Below are positions 21,001 through 29,100 of a stretch of 64,000 nucleotides of DNA, piece after piece. The notes beneath the pieces are model-generated. The model worked only from the letters and a program-made list of their open reading frames with translations. It searched no databases and was not told where the DNA came from. The stretch's first letter is position 1. Each line of letters opens with the position of its first letter. This stretch comes from a virus, in the IMG/VR virus record IMGVR_UViG_3300031758_000022, positions 1 to 64,000 of that record; one strand, given 5' to 3'. The translations under genes and the position numbers were made by a program.

Positions 21001-24000
21001 ATAAAGATGCTGTTATCAAAGCTGAAAGAAAAAGACTTGGTGATAAGTATGAAGAGAAAAGAGATGTATTTGAATCTAATATCAATAAGCTTTTCTCTGA
21101 GTATGGTAAGATGAAAGAAGGGGATGGTCAAGGATGGATTTCTTTTGATTCATACAGAGCCATGCTTATGAGTCTTGGTAAATGGTCACCTCCTCAGGAA
21201 CAATTGTATAGAAGAATCCTAAGAAATGAGAAAGTAGATACTGCTACTGTATTGAAGTTCTTCCCTGTAAAGAAGATGCAATACTATGGTCCATTGAAAA
21301 CCAATGGTTTACCTGTTGTGGGTTTCCATAAGTTTTCTTTGATGCCTCTTATCCCAAATGTTATTGAGGGTAGTAATCTAGAAATTCTTCATAATAGAAT
21401 GGTTGAGCAAAACATTGATTATGCTTTGTTCCAATCAGCATCTAAAGTTAATACTATTACTAGTAATGGTGTAGTTGATCAGTTCTATCTAGATAATAGC
21501 AGAGCATCTAATGAGGTAGCTTTTGCTCAACCGGGCTTTAAATTTACAAACAATGAGATCTTTATTGATTACTTTAAAGATCAAACAGAAGTTCATGATA
21601 AATTTAAGGGCACAATTCTTTTCTCAACACAGTTAAGAAAACTTGTAGAGGAAGGTCTTATGGAGCAAGGTGTACCTACTAGTTTTAGAAATGACTTGCC
21701 AGAAAAAGAGAAAAAAGAACTCTGGGAAAGTTTAAGTGAATCTGAAAAGCTAAAGGATCCTAACTATAATAAGCTTATAGCTTATGAAAGTCTTATTAAA
21801 AAGCATATTGACTTTAAAATAAAAGAGCTCAAAAAAGAAATGGCTTTGCATTTTAAAGATGGAAAGCTTGTTATGTCTCAAAAGTTAATTGACTTTATAA
21901 AAAAAGAACTTGAAAGACAAGACCTTGCTGAGCATGAAATTGACTTTATTAAGTTTAGTGAATTTAGTAACTCATTAGTTTATGACTTGAGTATTCACCC
22001 ATCTGCAGAAACAATTGAAAAACTGCTTGTTGCTATTGTAAATAAGAGAGTTGTTAAACAGAAAATAAACGGTGAAGCTTTAGTTCAAGTTTCTGGAGCA
22101 GGATTTGAAAAAGCTAATATTAGAAAAGCTACTGCAGAAGAAAACAGAATTTATGATGATGTAGGATTACCTACCTATGAATTAGGTCCTGATGGCATTG
22201 TTAGAGGAATGAAAGTTAAAATTGCTCTTCAAGGAGATTTCAAGAAACTACTGAAGCTTAAAGAGGTAACTATATTGATGAAAGCTAAGACAGGCCGCAC
22301 TAGATTGCAAGCTCTTAACATGCTTATCAAAGATGAGGCATGGCTTAATGAAGGTGATAACAGAAAGCTTGTTACTATGGCCGGTGTACGTATTCCTGTA
22401 CAAGGTCTTAATAATATGGAATTTGCTGAAGTTTATGAGTTCTTGCCAGAGGCTGCGGGTAATATGATTATCCTACCAAGAGAAATTGTAGCAAAGGCAG
22501 GATCTGACTTTGACATTGATAAGCTATTCATGATGTTCCCTAGTCTTGTAAAGACTTCTAAAGGTATTTCTTTAGTTAAATATAAAGAAGGAAGTGAAGA
22601 TACTGTTGATAAAGAGACAGCCTACCAACAACTATTTGATTTATACAGACAAAGAGAGGAAGCTTTTCAAAATGTTATTGACTACACTCAAGACAAGATG
22701 AATGAGTTTCCTGATGAGTTAAAAAGCGACTTTGAGGATACTGTTAAACAATACAAAGATGCTATTAGAAATGCTAAGAATAATCTCCAGGATGCCTTTG
22801 AGCGCCAGGAACAACCAGATCCAAGCCTATATGTAGAACTTAATGAGCTATCATTAGAATTGGAAGAGCTATATTCTACAGCTTCTAAAGAGTTTAGAGA
22901 TTATAAAAATGATCTTGTAAATCCTATTCAAGATAGAATTGATAATCTTACTTTAGAAATATCTAGTGCTTCAGCAAAAGGTATTGAAAATGATTTGCTC
23001 TTTAGTCTTGTAGATATTTTGTCTATGGAGCAGAACTTCTCAGATCTTATTACTCCTAACAGTACAGAATATGTAAAAACTATTGCTGATGATATCTCTA
23101 AGTATACAAGAGACTATGATGCATACAAAAACTTTACTACTGGAAGAGAGGATATTATTTCTGGAACCAGAATTTATGAGCTAGGTTATAATAGATACAA
23201 ACAGTCTTCAAATAACATTGGTAAAAAGACCCTAGGTCTTGGTGCTGTTGATAATACTTATAACACTCTGTTTAACAGGGTTGGTGCTTACATGGTAAGA
23301 ACTGCAGAAATAGGTTCTAAGAAAAACCCATATGACATCATCCAACAAATCAGAATGCCTCATAACACCATTAGCATTAATGATGAAGATGTTATATCAT
23401 TGTCTAATATCTATGATGTAGAAGGTAAGTATAGAATTTCAACTCTAATCAGCCAAATGATGAATGGTTGGGTTGACGTTGCTAAAGATGCTTGGATTTT
23501 TGATATTAATGGTAATAAAGAAGTCAGCCCTACTTTGCTATTTATGGTACAGGCAGGCGTGCCATTAGAACAGGCTATCTATTTTGCAGCACAGCCTATT
23601 GTTAGAAAGTATGTAGAAGAACAAAGAAAAGCTAAAAGTACTTTTGCTAAACCTCTTAATAGAGAACCTTCAAGTCCTAACATGTATAGGGTTGAAACAA
23701 GATCTAGAATGATTAAAGAACTTCTTCCAGAAGATTTTTATAATAATTATTTTGAACCTTATGTAGTAACAGAAAAAGGAAAGATATTAGGTAGTAAGTT
23801 TGACTCTAACTATATTAAGAAAACTATTTATACTGAGTTTGTACCAACCTTTCTTAATAACACAGGTGAGTATGAAACATCTGCTCCAGACTTTAGTGCT
23901 AATACTCTTAAGAAAACTTTAGATGGCTCTTCTACTAAACTTCAAGATTTACAGGTATTACTTCATTTTATAGAACTTGAAGAGATGTCTAGTGCCACTA

Positions 24001-26096
24001 CCCAAGTCAAACTTTCTATGAACTTTGATACTCAAAGATCTTCAACACTAAGGTCTGTAAGAGAATCTTTAGCAAAAACTCTTGCACTTAAAACTGATAA
24101 CAGGTTCCCAAATGAAATATTAGAAAAGCTTGAAAAGGAATCACCAATTGGTGCATTTAAGATTCATGATGAGATAATAAATCTTATTGGAGGAATGTTT
24201 ATTTTAAGAGATCATCCTTCTCTAAATAAGCTTATAGATGAGATGACTAATATTTATCCGGATGCCTTTACAGAAAAGTATGGTCATATATTCAAAGATA
24301 CAGAAGCACTTACAAATGCTATCAGAAATGACTTTACAAATTATGTGTTCCAAAGCTGGTTAATAGATCCTAACAGATTTGACCCAAAAGCTCCTTATAA
24401 TAATTTAGGAATTGACTTTGAAGTTAAAAAAGTTCTAGATCTAGAGAGAGGTGCTTTTGTAGAAGGAAACACTCTTTATGTTGATGAAAGAGCTCTAAAT
24501 GATCATGTCAAAGAAGATCTATACTCTTCAGAAAATTATTGGTTAAAACAGGCATTATCTCCTGTAAGCCCAATGTACTTACATGGTAATACAGAAGCTG
24601 AAAAGAAAGCTAAGTATTACAGATTTGTATATGAAAGAGAGACTTTAAGAGCTACAGTTCCTTATGATAACTATAAAAATACTCCTGACTTTGAAGAAAG
24701 AAAGAATGCTATTCTTATTTCTGGAATACTAGATGATTATAGCAATGCAGCTAATTTTGAAAAGATTGTTGGTAGAAGAGCTTATGAAGATTACATAAGA
24801 GATTTGGCTTTGCTAAATAATCTTAATGTCCAATTTATGTTCAAAGATGTTAACTCATATGCTACACAAGTAGATAAGTTGACAATGGATCATAAGAACT
24901 TACTTACTGATTATAAAGTACTTAGCTCATTGCTGTTTACTAATATTAGAGGAGTAAGAAATCTAAAGCTTTCAGAAATCAAACTAACTGCAGATGAAGT
25001 AAACATCTATCATGATGAACTAGAAAGACTTGCTGATCCTCGTATAATGAAAGTGGAAGACCCTTTTGAAAATGCTAGAATTAGTAAAATCTTTGCAGCG
25101 TTTCCTTTCTTTGCTTTCTTCCAAGCAGGTCAAGGGTCTAAAAATAGATACAGCCTATCAAGATTGATATCTACAAAAGTTTATAGTGAGATGTTAAGTG
25201 AGGCATCTGCCTTGGCTATTAAAAAGCTAGATGCATCAAAAGACTTTATAGATACCTATAAAACTAAATTTAATAATCTGTATGCTAAAGAAAAAAGCAA
25301 TGAGTTTGGTTTAGAGGAAGAAGAGGTTGAGGCTAAGTTGTTTACAGCTTTGTACATGAAAGATTATTCTTTAGGGGAATCTGATGAAAATCTAGAAGCA
25401 CCACTTCCAAAAGCTGCAAGCATGGGCTCTTCATACTATGATCCTAATGTTAATCTTTATGATATACATCCGGCTGCTAAATCAGAAACATTGGTTAAGT
25501 ACATTACTTCTAAAAGTAAAGCTAATAATAACCTAGTATTTGCTTTTGATGACAGTCTACAGCCATACTCTACAAAGTATCTACCTGTTAATACAGGTGC
25601 TAGAAAGAATGGTTATAATGGAACTACTCTTTTTGGAAGTATGCTGGCTAAGAGTGAGTTAAGTAAAGAACAAGCTGTAGGTCTTATAACAAAACCGGTT
25701 GCAGTTGTAATGGGTCCAGAAGAACTGTTTAGAGACTCTGATCCACAGCAACATGCTAATAATATCAAGAGAATTGATGCTTGGATTGAAAAGTTGAAAT
25801 CTCTTAGAGATGATGAGAAGAAAACCATTATCTTTAATCTAAAGGGTCATGGTCAAGCTTTCTTAGGATATGGTAGAAATGAATTTACTGATCATGCTGA
25901 AAGTAAGATAACCAAAGATCCAGTAGCCCTAGATAGTTTTGTATATTTGTCTGAGCGCCTGTATAAGGAGTTTGGCTATATCAATCCTATGTACAAAACT
26001 GTAAATAAGAAGAGCTATAGTGAAACAGTTTTAAGTAGCCAACCTATTACAGATGAGATGGTTAAAGAAAAATTACGTCAATGCTTTTATAGTTAA
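15057..26096 (+). CDS. Giant virion RNA polymerase (crAss-like double-psi beta-barrel RNAP) with zincin protease and accessory domains
   Basis: RIPVQG (~22389) and GSDFDIDK catalytic motif (22500-22523); DGQGW motif; HEAWH...EEYLAE zincin (17907-18075); 3679 aa. Confidence 0.9.
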   Translation: MVCVLSENQERAFLKRILKDIQSNIKTGVPFDLNGYMSGIYKKVLNATSNPDMAITYAAIIPENLMSLLGPIAEIRDYLIPSIAQINEQAKAYAADPMNVVSFLGLDPVKDQKDLEADIKSLNEKKDAADKEDEKRSNIAKASISIRPYTFDSTTGDETDPDLMFSYAFLKNVLNNGQTDSQDTGYYVTLMSSKEALQGITVNNKSYTSGVLQVITDVNGNILYFNNDYQPVNKEEGAPVFFRLREKRDTVQTIKELMFTQNFTTEEAEEYIEIQRANVKKKKDFVLAAPGRKVVQSITGGSYGYIPDEDSYTDLSTAEDMSENPLKRTNQFKAFSRGAYKDVVPFKMNSVDSDQEFLEDAINILLGENLVDERGKKSPETLLVYREKFFQVYFGNNYENVFFGKKTKTRGKLYVMFADGKKLDKPVIATRENLRDALVNNIVKDNKTGEMVPVLHAYNVYSKDGETTPSYQKNTDGTITLKGNGTSPVQYRKWLQNNSKTLKPFDSTTGKFQDLNGYFIFETMKELEGEGVTEQKVKTEKEVTTSGTITYSTTEKLRELHNEGKLLYTMRVSEKQAASEKLKFKGLTPNKHFGNPFTGTDVKGTIPMEDISAAVDAYEKWLDGQNVFTDKNGELHDLSDIADRRAWINSQIDRLKLKGGAQLGYFKGGYRSHADVLNERINGKADKQVETATTNNLAIEVISENYTVKLLRANPNKLFLFGDNNTRTGKGGQAIIRDEPNAVGISTKLLPKNTPEAFMSDDQLADNKAVIDSDIKKAKEKAAKEGKTIVLPKGGFGTGLAALATKAPQTFAYLNQRLQEEFGFDNVSGNISKSAKSEASPVTPKPVFQAKTFNKPSAASREIKKINDKDTLNKLKGQGIINESVTEEQINAAKEWYDSHPMSRFVPYEVMFNIINTENPNSIATFSRAGIVLSRAGIVLYKGSNFADLYHEAWHAFTQMFLTEAQRKKLYKELSNKSGTFKAFDGTTVTFKDATSKQLEEYLAEDFRQFMLNGGKFKGADKEPVKKSIFKNILDFLKAVFNISNDTIYNDEKVSNLLEEVYTKLRLGDINPIPYGLENSEFTKLDKIKAVNPDEQDLLDEMGYAQAMKIVNAIDAVFSQIVDKVSKEHGVSYAASLFSDPARRTAAYNEVIAEFVTKYTDLSDKLVNMSTDDVGYEKLYKSVKTLELAITNFAPASTLGQELTQDDVISAIQKDSGILGFHLKKSKYLQFDETYDLINNLEEEDPDSKTVKDKDGYSHKSGNEISMRELAAKEVLYTIRSLYKYEGGKLQYDDFGFPQLNDFDVSWNKIQKALSGSMGVEDIYKKLQASKDKVMQHLLEKLGNPDAQTGIENDLTAESIAQNALWTNFTQTFTATRIPLIQLTVNFQMDDNGNYILEPKPGKAQGDLNRIAKAWEVNFSRPYKEGERKYIVTKKVDRGEGKTSFTSNYLNVSEVLKDFKDSYKTKPIDFLRSLGMDVSAVPEIQNALRTNLRVLVNGLWTRLNHINNNNKDKKIFINSIKDLINIKIDGKTEDNSYKELLALESRYSDLYGTGMVYNASGDGQFEFSKNGTFTVQINSLNAAKGYNELISDPKMSHLDYERNPAMRNNLILKALFGENLGAKIKQETPGGRETFAKIELINSSGVSVTIDNEFANIGIATSDADEITNLLQNFYTTLIYGTPATTQHSDKSSAYLYKIVFPSGKKNYVNIFKFAQYNSDKDIDLTAGNLETLSHFMTFLDSEIQRMVKLRNGDEAGLVTVGDDLYKNIGDKFVTFKDILSPKTKAKLEKGKFISENFLEKINSAKGTNLRRDIEADILAYFNNIVGEFKKDGAKFGLQKNQKLMKSVRDLFLNSEELPLSLYEKENENYLDEAIFRSFVLNDWIHKHETGNLFYGDVALYNLKKEEYHKRNAAFAATGEIMRTDNAMLNMLNNVASKYSYADSEWFSKSGYNKNGAKVFKRTMNTAVLQDTKSKSSLMDHYKDAVIKAERKRLGDKYEEKRDVFESNINKLFSEYGKMKEGDGQGWISFDSYRAMLMSLGKWSPPQEQLYRRILRNEKVDTATVLKFFPVKKMQYYGPLKTNGLPVVGFHKFSLMPLIPNVIEGSNLEILHNRMVEQNIDYALFQSASKVNTITSNGVVDQFYLDNSRASNEVAFAQPGFKFTNNEIFIDYFKDQTEVHDKFKGTILFSTQLRKLVEEGLMEQGVPTSFRNDLPEKEKKELWESLSESEKLKDPNYNKLIAYESLIKKHIDFKIKELKKEMALHFKDGKLVMSQKLIDFIKKELERQDLAEHEIDFIKFSEFSNSLVYDLSIHPSAETIEKLLVAIVNKRVVKQKINGEALVQVSGAGFEKANIRKATAEENRIYDDVGLPTYELGPDGIVRGMKVKIALQGDFKKLLKLKEVTILMKAKTGRTRLQALNMLIKDEAWLNEGDNRKLVTMAGVRIPVQGLNNMEFAEVYEFLPEAAGNMIILPREIVAKAGSDFDIDKLFMMFPSLVKTSKGISLVKYKEGSEDTVDKETAYQQLFDLYRQREEAFQNVIDYTQDKMNEFPDELKSDFEDTVKQYKDAIRNAKNNLQDAFERQEQPDPSLYVELNELSLELEELYSTASKEFRDYKNDLVNPIQDRIDNLTLEISSASAKGIENDLLFSLVDILSMEQNFSDLITPNSTEYVKTIADDISKYTRDYDAYKNFTTGREDIISGTRIYELGYNRYKQSSNNIGKKTLGLGAVDNTYNTLFNRVGAYMVRTAEIGSKKNPYDIIQQIRMPHNTISINDEDVISLSNIYDVEGKYRISTLISQMMNGWVDVAKDAWIFDINGNKEVSPTLLFMVQAGVPLEQAIYFAAQPIVRKYVEEQRKAKSTFAKPLNREPSSPNMYRVETRSRMIKELLPEDFYNNYFEPYVVTEKGKILGSKFDSNYIKKTIYTEFVPTFLNNTGEYETSAPDFSANTLKKTLDGSSTKLQDLQVLLHFIELEEMSSATTQVKLSMNFDTQRSSTLRSVRESLAKTLALKTDNRFPNEILEKLEKESPIGAFKIHDEIINLIGGMFILRDHPSLNKLIDEMTNIYPDAFTEKYGHIFKDTEALTNAIRNDFTNYVFQSWLIDPNRFDPKAPYNNLGIDFEVKKVLDLERGAFVEGNTLYVDERALNDHVKEDLYSSENYWLKQALSPVSPMYLHGNTEAEKKAKYYRFVYERETLRATVPYDNYKNTPDFEERKNAILISGILDDYSNAANFEKIVGRRAYEDYIRDLALLNNLNVQFMFKDVNSYATQVDKLTMDHKNLLTDYKVLSSLLFTNIRGVRNLKLSEIKLTADEVNIYHDELERLADPRIMKVEDPFENARISKIFAAFPFFAFFQAGQGSKNRYSLSRLISTKVYSEMLSEASALAIKKLDASKDFIDTYKTKFNNLYAKEKSNEFGLEEEEVEAKLFTALYMKDYSLGESDENLEAPLPKAASMGSSYYDPNVNLYDIHPAAKSETLVKYITSKSKANNNLVFAFDDSLQPYSTKYLPVNTGARKNGYNGTTLFGSMLAKSELSKEQAVGLITKPVAVVMGPEELFRDSDPQQHANNIKRIDAWIEKLKSLRDDEKKTIIFNLKGHGQAFLGYGRNEFTDHAESKITKDPVALDSFVYLSERLYKEFGYINPMYKTVNKKSYSETVLSSQPITDEMVKEKLRQCFYS
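17835..17876 (+). repeat. Exact 21-bp tandem duplication (SRAGIVL x2)
   Basis: tctagagcaggtattgtactt repeated twice in frame. Confidence 0.95.
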
Positions 26097-26101
26097 GTAA
26101 A

Positions 26102-29100
26102 ATGAATAGTTGCCCTAATAGAATAAGTCCTGAATGGAAAGCTTTATCAGAAGCTGTAGGTGAATTTGAAGCTATGCGTGACTTTATGGAGTATGGAGAT
26201 ATCCGTACTCCTAAAGAAGTGCAACAGAAAATTAGTAAATCCAAAACAGAAAATTCTAAACCTATCCCTTTTAATAAACAACTTGATGATCTTCTATTAG
26301 ATTTTGTTAAAGGTCTTAAAATTAATGTAGTTGAGCAACCTGAGGAAATTGTTACTACTTTAAGGTCACTTACTGGGTCACCATTAGCTGCATTTGATGT
26401 CTTACAAAAGTATTTAGCAATAAAAGAAGACCGAAATCTAGAGACAGTACCAGAAGTAGTTGCATATATTGCCTATACTTTTCTTGGTCAAAAATCTAAA
26501 TTGGGAAAAGACCTTTGGTATAATATATCAAGTTGGGATAAATACGATTATTACTATAACAAGTTTGCTCCTTTTAAAAGATTAGGTGAACCATCTTTTA
26601 CAATGGATGATGAAGTAATTGAATCAGAAGATCTGTTTAAAAACAGAAATAACTGGGCTCATAGACAAGTAATAGTTGAGTTTATAAAACAAGGTTTAGT
26701 TGGTAATTTTCAAAAAGATATTAGTCCTGAAGTCACTTTTGATAATCCTGATTTAGATGCTAAGTTTTTTGCTAAAAAAGGATTCAAAAATCCTTATGTA
26801 GAAGGTAAACTTTTGTCTATCTGGAACAAACTTTACAATTGGATTAGAGAACATATTCTAGGTGTAAAAAAGTTTGATACATATAATCAAGAAAAGCTTA
26901 ATAATCTTCTGTTAGACATTGTTGATAATGTTTATAAAAAAGACTATAGTAAGTTTATTCGTGGTGTGTATGAGAAAGATGGTAAGCTTTTTAAAGCTGA
27001 TGGTACTGAACTTGAATTAAAAGATTATGATAAGACATTAGAAAAAGATCAATTTGCTAAGTCTCTTATTTTAAGGTTAGTAGAAAATCCTTATGTCAAT
27101 TTTAAACTTTCAGGATCACAAGTAATCAGAAAATATGGTAATTTGTGGCGTGATGTAAATGAAGATCTTCATGATATTGACGGTGTTATTACTCTTGAAA
27201 CATTTAGAAAAGAACAGAATGCTAAAAAGTTTTATGAGTGGATTACAACTCGTGGGTTAGAATTAAAAAATGCTGAGAGACGTAAGCAATTCACCAAAGA
27301 GATAATTCCATTTTTAGAAGAACAAGCTTGGTATAGAAATGTACAAGACATGTTTCCTTCTTGGACATTAGGTGCTACATTTATTGGAAAAGATCATAAA
27401 AAAGGTGAATCTGTAACTATATCTGGTTATATAGAACATCCAACAGAAACTGTGCTTGTAAAAAATGCTGATGGTACAGGAGCTAGTATGTTTTTTAAAC
27501 CTTCAGATAATGGTAAAATTTTACCTAAAAGATATGTATTAGATTTCTTTTTAAGAACTGCAGAAGGTAACTACCCTGAGATTTTTGATAATTATTGGAA
27601 AGATTGGAAACAAATCTTTGAAGCTAAAATAGCTATGGGGCGTTCAAAAGATATTAGTGATCTTATCTACTTTGATCCTTTTATAAATGATAAGTATAAA
27701 TTTACATCAAAAGGTTACAGATATTTTTCATTTTCTGAAACACAATCAAAAATAGAAAGCTCTGATATAAATTCTGAAGAAGCTAATGTTGCATTCTTCA
27801 AAGAATTAGGTAATTACAATAACAAGTATACTGCTCTTACAGAGCCTTTACTTGTTAATGAAGAAACTAATAAGAAAGACAGAGGAAATGAAATTGCCAA
27901 TAAGCTAGCTGCACTCCTTGCTAATAATATAGAAGGTCTTAGTGTTGAAATGGTTACTGAGGAACAAGCAGCTCAGATAATTCAAGATGCCGGTATTCCT
28001 TATAAAAATGAAGCAGCTTTCTATGTAGGTGATAAAGTATACTTTATTGCTGATAGAATGACTACTGAGATAGTATTCCACGAGTTTGCTCACCCTATTG
28101 TTAGATCTATAGCATTGTCTAACAACACCTTGTTTAATAATTTATATAATCAAGTAGCCAGCACACCGGAAGGAAGAGAACTAATCAATGCTGTAAAAAG
28201 AACCTATCCTGAGTTAAAGGAAGGTTCTGATCGTTTTAAAGAAGAGGTTATAGTATTTGCCATATCTAAAGCGGCAAATCTTAAATATAACAACAAAGCA
28301 AAAAGTACAGGATTTGCCAAGTTTATTAAGGATTTGCTATTTGCTGTCAAGCAGATGTTCCGCAGACTATTAAAAGGTCAAAAAATATCTATTGAGAAAC
28401 TTGACGTTGATACTACTTTGGATCAATTGGCTGAAATGCTTAATTCTGAGAAGTTTAAAATCAACACAGAAGTACTTAATCAAGAAGATGTTATAGCATT
28501 TGCTAGAGATATAAAACAGCAAGTAATGGATGACCTGCTAACATTAGAGCAGTCAGACATGAATAAAATTACCCGTGAGTTTTCTAAAACCTTCCTCAGA
28601 CAGAGAAAGATAATGGAAGCTACTAAGTATACTGAAGTAAAACAGTTGTTTGAAAACAAACTTAAAAAATCAGACTTAAGTGAAGTACTTAGTTATCTAA
28701 GAGAATATAATATTTCCGGTGAGGTATCATTTAAGACTGATGAAGAAGAAATAGAATATCTTACAAACCATGCTTTAGCCCTATATAATAGCTTAGAAAA
28801 GCTTAATAATATGGGTAAGAAGGCTGTGGGTCAGCTTAGAAAGATAGCTACTGAAGAAATTGATGATAAGCAGGCTTTATTAAGAGCCTCTAATCTTAAC
28901 AAGTTTATTGTAGACTGGCTTTCATTCTTGGATTATATCCAACAAGTAGCTGACAGCGAAGTATATAGAGATAATCTAACTCCAGATAATGCTCTGTTCT
29001 CATTGATTAGTGAAGCAAGAAATAACCTGCAAAGAGGTAAAAGATATACAGATGATATCTATAGCGAAGGTGTTGCCGACCTAATAAACACTCAACTAAA

